A stretch of 64,000 nt of DNA from Chitinophagales bacterium. Lineage in GTDB: Bacteria; Bacteroidota; Bacteroidia; Chitinophagales; Chitinophagaceae. The position numbers and the translations under genes are program-made. The notes beneath the pieces are model-generated. The model worked only from the letters and a program-made list of their open reading frames with translations, searched no databases and was not told the origin of the DNA. Location of the stretch: contig JBBQVY010000001.1 of the NCBI GenBank assembly GCA_038211085.1, positions 43 to 64,042 of the forward strand, in the 5' to 3' direction. Below, one piece after another: positions 26,518-36,829 of the stretch. Position 1 is the first letter of the stretch. The number at the start of each line of letters is the position of its first letter.

Positions 26518-27537
26518 ATGACCAATGGAGAAGATGTGCCATATAATTCTCACTACGCATCATGCAACCATTACCTGGTTACTATGAATGCAAATGAAAA
26601 TATCATTTTTTGCAATACCAACTTTAGTAACAAGTTTGCTGATGATGCAACAACATCTAACATTAGTTCCATAGTCCACCAGGAACATATCCAATCATTC
26701 AGGCAACATTTTCAATCTTGCCTGGCCTTGCCCGGCCAATGTTTGCAGGGTACCTCTATGTTAATAAACCAGCATGATCAACCACACCATATAAAGTGGG
26801 AAATGGTGGCAGAACGAAAGGATTCAAAGGAATTGAATGTTTACCTTGTTGGACATGACCTGCACGAGAACCCCAGCCGGGATAATGACATGGAGCTATC
26901 GCGTAAAATTTTAAAAGCCATTTTTGATAGTACCGATAATGTAAAATTTTTTATATCCCCGACTTTTAAAATACAGTTTTTTAATAAACCGGCTTTTGAC
27001 AACGGCCTAAAGCGGCATGGAAAAAGAATGCAGATAGGTGATAATATTTTGGATTATGTGAGAGATATTGAAAATAAAATTGACCACGACTTTCAATTAG
27101 ATTTTGACAAAGCACTGAGAGGCGAAACAATTCTTAGAGAAACAGAGATGAAATATAAATCCGACAAATCACACTGGTTTAGAACTGAATATTACCCTGT
27201 GTATGAAGATGAAATTTTAATAGGTGTTTCGGTAACAGTATCGGATTTAACTGAACGTAAAAAGTATGAAAAGGAGATAGAGGTTCAAAACGAAAAGCTG
27301 AGAAAAATTGCGTTTATACAATCTCACCAGGTAAGGCAACCACTGGCTAACATCCTTGGTATTTTGTCCTTAATAAATACATCGGGAATGTCAGATGATG
27401 ATAAATATCTAATGAAACTATTGCACATGTCATCTCAACAATTGGATAAAGTTGTAAGAAATATAGTTATGGAAGCACAACAAATAGAACTATACAGTGA
27501 GTACTATACCATCAAGTCTCCCAGGCAAAAGGCATAA
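26518..27537 (+). CDS. PAS-domain protein ending in a HisKA-like (DHp) helix pair, with no ATPase domain
   Basis: I place the start at ATG 26518. PAS-like segments are followed by IAFIQSHQVRQPLANILGILSLI (H-box-like). The ORF then stops with no N/G1/G2 boxes. Confidence 0.6.
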   Translation: MTNGEDVPYNSHYASCNHYLVTMNANENIIFCNTNFSNKFADDATTSNISSIVHQEHIQSFRQHFQSCLALPGQCLQGTSMLINQHDQPHHIKWEMVAERKDSKELNVYLVGHDLHENPSRDNDMELSRKILKAIFDSTDNVKFFISPTFKIQFFNKPAFDNGLKRHGKRMQIGDNILDYVRDIENKIDHDFQLDFDKALRGETILRETEMKYKSDKSHWFRTEYYPVYEDEILIGVSVTVSDLTERKKYEKEIEVQNEKLRKIAFIQSHQVRQPLANILGILSLINTSGMSDDDKYLMKLLHMSSQQLDKVVRNIVMEAQQIELYSEYYTIKSPRQKA

Positions 27538-27595
27538 ATTCATTACTCATTCTTGCGTCTTTAATTACTTAACTTCCTATAATTCCAGTAAGAGC

Positions 27596-29761
27596 TTATC
27601 CTTTTGACCTTTGCTCCAGGGTATTGTAAGCCATAATAAAGATGGCGCCGAGGTTTTTGTGCGGCGGTACATAATCGTTAAATAAATCGTTGCCTTTAAA
27701 ACGGGTATTGAACTCTTTCCAAATAGCAGGCCAGTTAAGGTCCTTGCCCATGCGTAGCTGGTCTGTCAGCATTACTATCATAGGTTGATTTATAGTTCCA
27801 CTTCCCACCTGCTTACTAGCAATGATATGAGCAAAGGGACATATCTCCAGCACATCGTGCAAGTTGTGATATCCCCCGCAACTACCCAGCAATACTACTT
27901 TTGCCGATGGGGCTAATTGTTCAATAGTGTACTTAACAAAATAGCTATGCCCCCTGTGTATTACAACAGTAGGATTTATATTCTTCTCATTTAAATACTT
28001 ACCCAGGTCTGCCTGTGCTTTTGCATCCAAATCTTTCTCAGAATCCAAGGGTTTATTGGCATAAATGGTAACAGGTGTTTTACCGGTAGAGCTCACCTCA
28101 ATCCACTCAGGCTTGTTAACAAACTTCCAGTTGCTGTTGCTATAGGCAGCCACAAAATTGTTATATACAGAGGTGCCATCTTTATCGCCATAAAAAAATT
28201 GTTGAATAATTATTCTGCCCGCACTATCGCGCAATTGGGAAGATGGCATTTGATATACAGGTGGTATACCGTACTTCTCCGAAATGTTTATGTGATTGGA
28301 GGAATCGATACTTAAAAAGATATTATTCATGATCTCATAAATATTGGCTCCCCTTATATCTCCACTTTTTGATAATTGGTTGTAACTATTTTGCACTTCG
28401 CCCAATATTAGTTTTTGCAAACCTGTATCAGAAATACTTGCATAAGAGTCTGCTACGTCTACTGCATCTTCAAGGTTGCCTGTCTTCTCTAATCCATTAG
28501 CAAAAGCCTTCATTAGTATCTGGGCATTCTCTTTCGACATTCGCTTTAAAAAATCATCCAATGTATTATAACCCGCGGCCATTTTTATAAACTTCTTAAA
28601 GTAGTTGAAGTTCACACTCATCAACAAACTATCGCTGCCGGGGTTTTTCATCCGTTGAAAAATACGGTCGTAAACTTTTAAATAACTGCTGGTATAAATT
28701 TCAGTTTCGCCCATTACACACAGGTAATACAACTCCTGTGGATTAAGCGGTTCAACTACCCGCATACGAATATTGTCAGGAGATTCATGCAGGCCATTAA
28801 TAACATTTATGTAAAGGTCCATTGCCTTTTTTCTCAGCATACCCGTAAGGGTATGCATAACCATAGGCGTATCACGCTTACGTAACCTGTCAGCGTATTC
28901 TATTTGAGTTTGTACAAGTAGCTTATAATATTTGTTATCATCCTTCAGCGTTTTTTGTACATCTTCCATGGTCATCTTTCCCTTGTACAAATTGTCGAGA
29001 AAAGGAAAATACAAACGGCCCTCATTAATTAGGGCAAGCTTGCTAATCATTTTTACCAATGGATCATTTACGTTTTGAATCCTTCTTCCCAAAGGAGTAT
29101 TGGTAGATTGTGCATAGGTATACACATCTTCCTGGTTGTGGTAAGCAACCAGTTTAATCAGGCTGTCAGCAAAAGAAATATTTGGATTGGAGGTAAGAAT
29201 AGGCAGTATCCGGTCCGGGTCTCTTTGGCAGGCTTTTAAAACCAACAGTTTATATATCTCACTCTTATTGGGGCTATTTGCAAAAGGGTAAGATCTTGAA
29301 ATAATTTCTCCTACCTCAATTTCGTATGTATCTATTACCGGAACAATAGATTCACCTTGCTTCTCCAGTTTCATAGCCTCAGCGTAAGCATTAATCATGT
29401 TTGGCAACTGAACCGCTTTTAAGCCTTTATATTTAAACGAATTTTCAAATGAGGCAAGCACTTCATTCAGTCCTCTCAAAAATTTTATTTTACTATTCCC
29501 GTCTAAGTTAGGATCGGACTCAATTTGTATTTGCAGTTCATCAACTTGTTTAAAAAGACTGTAGGTTAGTTGCTGATTTATTTCTTCATCAGAACCCGAA
29601 GTAAATAAATTATCAGATTTATGGTCCGCAGCATCAATAGAATGTTGACTTTGGTCAATGCGATCATGAAAAATCTGACGCATTAAGGGTATGGTGATCT
29701 GCTGGCTACTTACAAAATTTGAAATAAGAAGTGCTACAAAAGCTAAGTAAAGTTTTATCAT
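27596..29761 (-). CDS. Large secreted hypothetical protein (721 aa)
   Basis: Signal peptide MIKLYLAFVALLISNFVSSQ. Long, clean ORF. I recognise no family. The C-terminal region carries VVIHRGHSY...VVLLGSCGGY. Confidence 0.8.
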   Translation of the reverse strand: MIKLYLAFVALLISNFVSSQQITIPLMRQIFHDRIDQSQHSIDAADHKSDNLFTSGSDEEINQQLTYSLFKQVDELQIQIESDPNLDGNSKIKFLRGLNEVLASFENSFKYKGLKAVQLPNMINAYAEAMKLEKQGESIVPVIDTYEIEVGEIISRSYPFANSPNKSEIYKLLVLKACQRDPDRILPILTSNPNISFADSLIKLVAYHNQEDVYTYAQSTNTPLGRRIQNVNDPLVKMISKLALINEGRLYFPFLDNLYKGKMTMEDVQKTLKDDNKYYKLLVQTQIEYADRLRKRDTPMVMHTLTGMLRKKAMDLYINVINGLHESPDNIRMRVVEPLNPQELYYLCVMGETEIYTSSYLKVYDRIFQRMKNPGSDSLLMSVNFNYFKKFIKMAAGYNTLDDFLKRMSKENAQILMKAFANGLEKTGNLEDAVDVADSYASISDTGLQKLILGEVQNSYNQLSKSGDIRGANIYEIMNNIFLSIDSSNHINISEKYGIPPVYQMPSSQLRDSAGRIIIQQFFYGDKDGTSVYNNFVAAYSNSNWKFVNKPEWIEVSSTGKTPVTIYANKPLDSEKDLDAKAQADLGKYLNEKNINPTVVIHRGHSYFVKYTIEQLAPSAKVVLLGSCGGYHNLHDVLEICPFAHIIASKQVGSGTINQPMIVMLTDQLRMGKDLNWPAIWKEFNTRFKGNDLFNDYVPPHKNLGAIFIMAYNTLEQRSKG

Positions 29762-29928
29762 GGAAAAATGTCTCGTGCAAAAATACTACCAAAGTATCAG
29801 TCAGGCTTACAGCAGAGAGTTAAGATTACCTTTGTTAAGGATCGCCCATGTTTTACTTAACAATTTTATAATCACCAGTTTGGTCATCACGCAGTGTATG
29901 AAATTATTTTTGTGTAAATAAATTGTTA

Positions 29929-30606
29929 ATGGAAGCAACAAAGAAAAAAGTTTTAATAGCAGATGATGAGCAGGATATACTGGAGATTATAGATTATAAC
30001 TTAACTAAGGAGGGTTATGAAATATATACTGCAAAAGATGGAATGGAAGCTATTGACAGAGCCAACCAGGTTAAACCCGACCTTATAATTTTAGATATAA
30101 TGATGCCGAAGAAAACCGGTATCGAGGTGTGCGAAATCCTGCGCTCCCAACCTTCGTTTCATGATACACTAATTATATTTCTAACAGCTTTGAGCGATGA
30201 AAGCTCGCAGGTAAAGGGGCTTGAACTAGGTGCAGATGACTATATAAACAAGCCCATAAGCCCTAAAGTACTGGTTAGCAGGGTAAATGCTATATTTAGA
30301 AGACTGCAAATAGAAAACGATAAAGTGGTGAAGATTGGAAATGTAATTATAGACCCTGTCAGGTTTATGGTTATCATAGATGATAAGGATTACACCCTCG
30401 CCAAAAAGGAATTTGAACTGTTGTACCTTCTTGCATCAAAGCCCGGAAGGGTTTTTTTACGTAACGAAATTTTAAACCAGGTTTGGGGCTCGGATGTTAT
30501 TGTTGGTGATAGAACCATTGATGTCCATATTAGAAAGATCAGGCAAAAACTAGGTATTGATTGCGTAACAACGGTAAAAGGAGTTGGTTATAAGTTTGAA
30601 TTATAA
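29929..30606 (+). CDS. OmpR/PhoB-family response regulator
   Basis: Receiver domain (VLIADDEQDILE...DLIILDIMMP) plus a winged-helix C terminus (TIDVHIRKIRQKL...VKGVGYKFE). Confidence 0.9.
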   Translation: MEATKKKVLIADDEQDILEIIDYNLTKEGYEIYTAKDGMEAIDRANQVKPDLIILDIMMPKKTGIEVCEILRSQPSFHDTLIIFLTALSDESSQVKGLELGADDYINKPISPKVLVSRVNAIFRRLQIENDKVVKIGNVIIDPVRFMVIIDDKDYTLAKKEFELLYLLASKPGRVFLRNEILNQVWGSDVIVGDRTIDVHIRKIRQKLGIDCVTTVKGVGYKFEL

Positions 30607-30896
30607 CTTCTGTCATTGCATTTTTGTTTTCCTCCAAAAAAGCATCCTTCATATCACTTAAATCTTAGAAGCTGTCTAAAAATGGTTTTTCATTATACCA
30701 ACGCTGGTTTTTCATAGGATCATTGTTGCGTCGCAATCACTTTATTAGTTAAAAAAAATGATCTTAAGTTTCAAACCATAAGTTGCTCACTAAATTTAGA
30801 CAGCCTCTTAGTGAAAAGAGGGGTATAATTTTTCCATTTCTTAGATTTTTGAAAAATGGTAATGAATACTGCCGGTAATTTTTAGCTTTGCCAAGT

Positions 30897-31946
30897 ATGC
30901 TCATCACTAAAAATGTCTCTCCGCAAAAACTCTCTTTTATCACTGCATTTCTTATTTCACTTCCCGTAAGCATCGGTTATTATTTTCTGCATCCTGATTG
31001 GTTTATATCATTTGTAGTGTTTGTTTTTATTCTTTTTGGCTCCCACTTTCTTATTCAGTTTACAATGGAGCGTTTCATATTTAGAAAAATCAAACTCATC
31101 TATAAATTCATCTATCAAACAAAAGCTACCAAAAGAGAGGAGACTTATTACAAATATATTCTACCAAAAAAAAGCATTGACGAGGTTAGAATAGATGTAG
31201 AAAATTGGGCCGAGCAACGACAGGAAGAAATTGAATTGCTTAAAAAGAACGAAGCTTATAGGAAGGAATTTCTGCAAAACCTGTCACACGAATTTAAAAC
31301 CCCCATTTTTGCTATACAAGGTTACGTGGATACTTTACTGGAAGGCGCTTTAACAAACCCGGAAGTCAATATCAAATTCTTAAAAAATGCTTCGAAAAAT
31401 GTGGACCGCCTGGTTGCAATGGTTAATGACCTGGATGAAATTACCCGCCTGGAAAGTGGTGAACAACCGCTCAATAAAACCTTCTTCATTATTCAGGACC
31501 TCATTAGGGAGGTATATGATTCTTTATCAATAAAAACAGCAGAACAAAACATTAAGTGCAGTATTAAAAAAGGATGCGATCAGCCTTTAAATGTAATTGC
31601 TGATAAAGAGAAAATACGCCAGGTTCTCATCAACCTTGTTAGTAATGCAACCAAATATGGCAAACGCAATGGCAATATAGTAGCGAGCATTTATAATACT
31701 GATGGCAAGCACGTATTGGTTGAAATAAGTGACGACGGAATAGGGATTGCGGAAGAACATTTGCCCAGGATTTTTGAACGATTTTACCGAACCGACAAAG
31801 GCAGGAGCCGATCAATTGGTGGTTCGGGTATAGGCCTGGCGATTTGTAAACATATTATTGAAGCCCATGGCAAAACCATACATGTTCGAAGCAAACCGGA
31901 TGTTGGCACTACTATTGGTTTTACGTTAGATACCCGCAAGGACTAA
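30897..31946 (+). CDS. Sensor histidine kinase (PhoR-like HisKA + HATPase_c)
   Basis: Two N-terminal TM helices, H box LSHEFKTPIFAIQGY, N box LVSNATKYG, G boxes DDGIGI and GGSGIGLAI. The track start 30888 is a TTG, so I use ATG 30897. Confidence 0.9.
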   Translation: MLITKNVSPQKLSFITAFLISLPVSIGYYFLHPDWFISFVVFVFILFGSHFLIQFTMERFIFRKIKLIYKFIYQTKATKREETYYKYILPKKSIDEVRIDVENWAEQRQEEIELLKKNEAYRKEFLQNLSHEFKTPIFAIQGYVDTLLEGALTNPEVNIKFLKNASKNVDRLVAMVNDLDEITRLESGEQPLNKTFFIIQDLIREVYDSLSIKTAEQNIKCSIKKGCDQPLNVIADKEKIRQVLINLVSNATKYGKRNGNIVASIYNTDGKHVLVEISDDGIGIAEEHLPRIFERFYRTDKGRSRSIGGSGIGLAICKHIIEAHGKTIHVRSKPDVGTTIGFTLDTRKD

Positions 31947-32087
31947 AAAATGCCTGTCTCCCGCTTTTCTAGATTAGGATTATTTTAAAGCATATATATG
32001 TGGTTAAAGAGGCTATCAATAGGTTGTCTCTCGGTTACGAAATGAAAGTCACCTAAAACCAAACACTTAATAAAATTTTTAACAGGA

Positions 32088-32118
32088 GTTGTAGTTCAGT
32101 GATAAACCTTTATGTTTG
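32088..32118 (+). promoter_or_regulatory. Bacteroidetes-type promoter for the SRP RNA
   Basis: TTG at 32089-32091 and a perfect TAnnTTTG (tatgtttg, 32111-32118) with 19-nt spacing. This puts the TSS at the first stem nucleotides of the RNA. Confidence 0.55.
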
Positions 32119-32121
32119 CAC

Positions 32122-32222
32122 CGGCAAGTCTTATACGACCAGCTCCTATTGAACTCCCCCAGGGCAGGAATGCAGCAAGGGTAAATGGTTGTAGCGGTGC
32201 GATGTAAGTAACTTGCCATTTT
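32122..32222 (+). ncRNA. ffs: Signal recognition particle RNA (small, 4.5S type)
   Basis: Domain IV core CCCCCAGGGCAGGAAUGCAGCAAGGG matches the conserved CAGG...GGAA...AGCA pattern. The closing stem is ggcaagt (32123-32129) with acttgcc (32211-32217). A T run follows. Confidence 0.75.
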
Positions 32223-32295
32223 TTTTGCTCTTTATTCTCGCCTGCTCACACAAATTTCGTTTTTCAAAAAAACAATGCATTAAATGTAAAGTTGA

Positions 32296-32766
32296 TTAGT
32301 AAGGAGTAGTTATCTGCAACAGGCCTTCATTTAGCAGAAAGACATGTTGTTTCTTTACCAATTGTTTCTTCTTAGACTTTTTCCAGCCATCCAGTATTTC
32401 CTGTTCTGTTGGTAAAGGGGGTTCTATTAAATTCTTCTTCATAAAAATTACAATTGACTTTGAAACAGTCGGCTGTACCTTAAGTATAGCCTGAACTGAA
32501 ACTGTCTCTTTAGTATACGACGAATCCAGGATCAAATTGTTACCCTCCCACCTTCCTGCAGAACTTTTGAAAATAAGGTCACTTTCCATTAAGGGCAAAT
32601 AAGAGCCATCCTTTAGTTTTCCAACAACATTAATGTAATTGTGGATACCCTTTTTCAGGCTGTCCGTATATAAGTTGAAATAAATGCTATCAATTTTTTG
32701 CGCTTTACCGGCTACTGCACTACACAGAAATAATACTGATAAAATGAGGGTAGAACTTTTTTTCAT
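32296..32766 (-). CDS. Secreted hypothetical protein
   Basis: Signal peptide MKKSSTLILSVLFLCSAVAGKAQ. Downstream of, and on the same strand as, the DUF5103-like gene. Confidence 0.5.
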   Translation of the reverse strand: MKKSSTLILSVLFLCSAVAGKAQKIDSIYFNLYTDSLKKGIHNYINVVGKLKDGSYLPLMESDLIFKSSAGRWEGNNLILDSSYTKETVSVQAILKVQPTVSKSIVIFMKKNLIEPPLPTEQEILDGWKKSKKKQLVKKQHVFLLNEGLLQITTPY

Positions 32767-32832
32767 GGCCCAGTGTAAAGCAATTATAAAACCAAAATTA
32801 AATACCCTTGGAAAAATGTAGTTGCCGCATTG

Positions 32833-34119
32833 TTAAAATCCAATACGCCTGCTATTTAAAGAATTAATAGTAGCAGCGCCAACTAATTCGTCGTGCCTGC
32901 CTGCCAGGGATCGGTAATAAATAAGGATTGTATAGTCATTTTCTGTTTCCCAAAAATTGCCATCAGTCTGTTCTGTGGAGCTGGTGGCTTTGCGGTTGCC
33001 TGCATCTTTCGTTACAAATGTGTAGCTATAAAATCCCTGCTTCAAAAAAAGTGCCTTTTCATATACACCTTGTTCTGCATTATATACCATTGCCGAGGTG
33101 TCGTTTGTATTGTACATATTAAATTCACCTACCAAATACATCTTTTTGTTTACGTAAGGTTGGTTGTTAGTAGGAATAAAGGTGAAGTGCACCTGCCCAT
33201 AATCGCCCTGCCACCACGGGTTGTCTGTATCAGTTGAAGCAATGTAATAATGTCCATTAAAATCCTTGAAGTTTATGTATCTCTGGTTGCTTCGTTCAGC
33301 ATCAGGTTCTATAAATATCTCTGTATTGTTTCGATCGTACACTGTTTTTGCCACATGATTACCTCTAAACCTGAAGCTCCGTAAATCAACCCATCTAAAT
33401 TCTTTTCCCGCAGGAAAAACTGCTTCATTCTCAGTATTAAATTCCAGCATATTACCCCTGATGAATGTAGGCTTTAGACCGGTAATGGCATTATCCCATC
33501 GGTTGTTTTGTAAAATGACAGCTTTAATTTGTTGCTGTGGATTTACAACATTCATCTGAGATTTACTTACTGAAAACTGGACTTTCTGATGAGTTCTGAA
33601 GAGTTCAGAATTGAAGGGTTGTAATATCTGGGCGGCAATATCACTTATTCTTTCCACCACCAGCACCCTGCGTGTAAATGCCAGCTTACTGGTATCACCA
33701 TCCAGGTAGACTTTTAAAAGATAATTGCCACTTTTGGTTGGTGTTGAATTGCGATCAGGCAAAATTGCCTGGTAGTGTATATATTTTGTAAAGGCTAATG
33801 ATGATACCCGGTATTGATTCAGTCTTACGTTTGAAAAACCCTTTATGTAATCGAAAGTACTAAGGTTGGCAGGTGTCCAGTCGGCATTACATAATTCAAA
33901 CCCTACATAATAATTTTTAACTCTTGCATCCAAATCATCAAAATGCAGTTCAAACTGATCGGCCGAATTGAGGGTTAATAATGGATATGCCATCTGATCG
34001 CCCCGCATAAAAACTTTTACACCATTTATATTAGGCATTTTAATAACGTCAACATTGCCTTGCGCAAAGCTTACTATACTAACAAGCAACGCCAATAAGG
34101 CTATCATCCATTTTTTCAT
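32833..34119 (-). CDS. DUF5103-like protein (family of the T9SS SprA-associated plug protein)
   Basis: Signal peptide, then LTLNSADQFELHFDDLDARVKNYYVGFELCNADWTP...SGNYLLKVY, which I recognise as the DUF5103 pattern. Confidence 0.55.
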   Translation of the reverse strand: MKKWMIALLALLVSIVSFAQGNVDVIKMPNINGVKVFMRGDQMAYPLLTLNSADQFELHFDDLDARVKNYYVGFELCNADWTPANLSTFDYIKGFSNVRLNQYRVSSLAFTKYIHYQAILPDRNSTPTKSGNYLLKVYLDGDTSKLAFTRRVLVVERISDIAAQILQPFNSELFRTHQKVQFSVSKSQMNVVNPQQQIKAVILQNNRWDNAITGLKPTFIRGNMLEFNTENEAVFPAGKEFRWVDLRSFRFRGNHVAKTVYDRNNTEIFIEPDAERSNQRYINFKDFNGHYYIASTDTDNPWWQGDYGQVHFTFIPTNNQPYVNKKMYLVGEFNMYNTNDTSAMVYNAEQGVYEKALFLKQGFYSYTFVTKDAGNRKATSSTEQTDGNFWETENDYTILIYYRSLAGRHDELVGAATINSLNSRRIGF

Positions 34120-34224
34120 CTTTAAATTTTACGGAACTAAACGTACAACAATCAGCCGACACTAATTGGTTTTGTTGTATTGAAATGGTGAGTGTAGTTT
34201 TGAAAATATCTAAAACCATGCCGA

Positions 34225-35463
34225 TTGAATGTAGCCGCAGTTATTGCACGCAGAATAGCTTTTAATTCACAAAAGTCCTTTTCAAGGTTTATTATACGGC
34301 TGGCTATTGCTGCCACAACTTTAAGTGTTGCAGCCATGATCATTACCCTGGCATTTGTAAATGGATTTCAGCAAACTGTTAGCCAAAAAGTTTTTAGTTT
34401 TTGGGGGCACCTGCGTATACAACGTTATGAGCCTAACAAAGCACTCGTTGCCGAGGAAACACCTTTGGATAAAGATGAGCAAGTTGTTAAGCGGTTAAGC
34501 AAGTTCCCTCATATAAAAACTATCCAATCCTTTGCTACCAAAAGTGCTGTATTGCAATCCGGCGCTAACATAGAGGGTATTTTATTTAAGGGAGTAGAAA
34601 AAGAATACGATTTTGGTCATCTTCAAAATTTTTTAAAATCGGGCAGGTGGTTGCGGTTCGATGATACTTTATACAGCAAAGAGATTGTGCTTTCGCAACC
34701 ATTAGCCCAACAGATGCAGATTAAAGTAAACGACACTATAAAAATTTATTTTATAGATGCAGCAGGGGGCAAAAGCAACTTCAGGCGTTTAACAGTTGCC
34801 GGCATATATAAAACCGGCATAGAGGAATACGATAAATTGTTTGCCATTGGCGACCTGCGATTGATTAACCGTTTAAACAATTGGTCGCCTAACCAAATTG
34901 GAGGTTACGAGATTTTTTTAGATGATTATAAATTGATGGATTCTGTAAATGAAAAGATTTACTATACTGCCATTTTACCTGAGAAATGGATTAGCCGTAC
35001 GGTAAAGGAGGTATACCCAAACATATTTGACTGGCTCAACATACAAGACGTAAACAGGGATGTAATCTTTATTGTTATGTCTATTGTAGCCATCATTAAC
35101 CTGGTAACATGCCTGCTTATTTTGGTATTAGAAAGAACCCGCATGGTAGGCATATTAAAAGCTTTAGGCAGCAGCAACTGGACCATTCAAAAAATGTTTT
35201 TATACCATGCCAGTTATATAACACTTATTGGTGTGGGCAGCGGTTTAATTATTGGCATTGGAGTGTGCCTGTTACAACAACAAACAGGCTTTATTAAACT
35301 GGACGAAACAGCTTACTATGTATCTACAGCGCCGGTGTACATAATTTGGTGGCAGGTGTTGGCCATTTGCCTGTCTACAGTAGTAGTATGTTTTCTATCA
35401 CTCATCATACCTACACTTATTGTAAGAAGTATACAACCGGTAAAGGCTATACAGTTTAGGTAG
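34225..35463 (+). CDS. FtsX-like ABC transporter permease (LolC/LolE-like)
   Basis: TTG start. IARRIAFNSQKSFSRFI N terminus, a large periplasmic loop, and a C-terminal FtsX 3-TM bundle ending VKAIQFR. Confidence 0.8.
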   Translation: MNVAAVIARRIAFNSQKSFSRFIIRLAIAATTLSVAAMIITLAFVNGFQQTVSQKVFSFWGHLRIQRYEPNKALVAEETPLDKDEQVVKRLSKFPHIKTIQSFATKSAVLQSGANIEGILFKGVEKEYDFGHLQNFLKSGRWLRFDDTLYSKEIVLSQPLAQQMQIKVNDTIKIYFIDAAGGKSNFRRLTVAGIYKTGIEEYDKLFAIGDLRLINRLNNWSPNQIGGYEIFLDDYKLMDSVNEKIYYTAILPEKWISRTVKEVYPNIFDWLNIQDVNRDVIFIVMSIVAIINLVTCLLILVLERTRMVGILKALGSSNWTIQKMFLYHASYITLIGVGSGLIIGIGVCLLQQQTGFIKLDETAYYVSTAPVYIIWWQVLAICLSTVVVCFLSLIIPTLIVRSIQPVKAIQFR

Positions 35464-35674
35464 CAGCATTTGGTAATGGCGTTTGTAGCTTCAAAGTAAA
35501 TAGATGGAAACAAAGCTTTAGACAGCCACTTAGGAAATTTTATTTGCGCCTGCCCTTTCCTACATCGTACTGCAAAGTTTTAAAATGCTTTTTCGGGTAA
35601 GGATTCTTCCGTAATTTTTGTTGAAATTTTAATTAAATCTCACGGTATCTTCAGTCCATTTAAACAATCGCTCA

Positions 35675-36829
35675 ATGAAAACTACTAACGACCCTGCCAC
35701 AGATAAAAGCTTCCATATAGCTGAAACTTCAGGGGTTTATACCAGGAGGGCATTTACCAAAGTACTAGCCATAGGTGGAAGCTCCCTTATTTTATCGCCC
35801 TTTATTGCCTGCGCTAACAAGGGGTTTAAGAAAGATAAACTGGGGATAGCCCTGGTAGGCCTTGGTTATTATAGTACGGATTTACTGGCACCCGCCTTGC
35901 AACAAACAAAAAATTGTTACCTGGCAGGCATCGTTACGGGCACCCCTTCCAAGGCCGAAGCCTGGAAGCAGAAATATAACCTTGCCGATAAGAACATTTA
36001 CAATTACCAGAACTTTCACCAGCTTGCTAATAACGACGATATTGATGTGGTATACATTGTGCTGCCCCCATCTATGCATAAAGAATATGTAATAAAAGCC
36101 GCCAATGCAGGCAAACATGTTTGGTGCGAAAAACCTATGGCCATTACTGAACATGAATGCCAGGATATGATAGATGCCTGTAATAAAAATAATAAGAAGT
36201 TAGCCATTGGCTACAGGTTACAGCACGAACCCAACACACAGGAATACAGGCGAATTATTAAAAATAAATTATTGGGTAATGTAAAAAAGGTGCGGTGCGA
36301 AGCTGGCTATGTAGAAGGCAGAACCAACCATTGGAAACAAAACAAAGCAATGGGTGGCGGGGTACTGTACGATATGGGTGTTTATGCCATACAAGGTGCC
36401 AGATTGGGTACGGGCATGGAGCCCATATCCATTGTTTCAGCAACAACCTCTACCACCCGACCCGAAATTTATAAGAATGGCCTTGATGAAACTACGACTG
36501 CAACGCTTGAATTTAATAATGGTGTACTGGCAGATATTAAAACAAGTTTTGGTGAAAATATCAATATGCTTGACGTCAACTGCGACAAAGGCCTTATCAA
36601 ATTATCGCCATACCAGGCTTACACCGGTGCTAAAGGCAGCAGTCCATTGGGCGACATTAATTTTGCTTACCAGGTGCCCTGGCAGCAGGCTAAACAAATG
36701 GACGACGATGCCTTAAGTATTATGCAGGGAAAACCTATGCAGGTACCCGGCGAAGAAGGGTTGAGAGATATAAGAATAGTGGAGGCAATTTATAAATCAG
36801 CCTCCGGTGGCCAGCAGGTTAAGTTGTGA
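35675..36829 (+). CDS. Gfo/Idh/MocA family oxidoreductase with a Tat-like signal
   Basis: YTRRAFTKVLAIGGSS leader. Rossmann segment LGIALVGLGYYS and the EKP motif (WCEKPMA). Confidence 0.8.
   Translation: MKTTNDPATDKSFHIAETSGVYTRRAFTKVLAIGGSSLILSPFIACANKGFKKDKLGIALVGLGYYSTDLLAPALQQTKNCYLAGIVTGTPSKAEAWKQKYNLADKNIYNYQNFHQLANNDDIDVVYIVLPPSMHKEYVIKAANAGKHVWCEKPMAITEHECQDMIDACNKNNKKLAIGYRLQHEPNTQEYRRIIKNKLLGNVKKVRCEAGYVEGRTNHWKQNKAMGGGVLYDMGVYAIQGARLGTGMEPISIVSATTSTTRPEIYKNGLDETTTATLEFNNGVLADIKTSFGENINMLDVNCDKGLIKLSPYQAYTGAKGSSPLGDINFAYQVPWQQAKQMDDDALSIMQGKPMQVPGEEGLRDIRIVEAIYKSASGGQQVKL

Noticed and set aside
36016-36716. Several 60-120-aa ORFs on both strands inside the Gfo/Idh/MocA gene
   Set aside because: They are nested in a well-supported 384-aa oxidoreductase ORF and have no independent signals.
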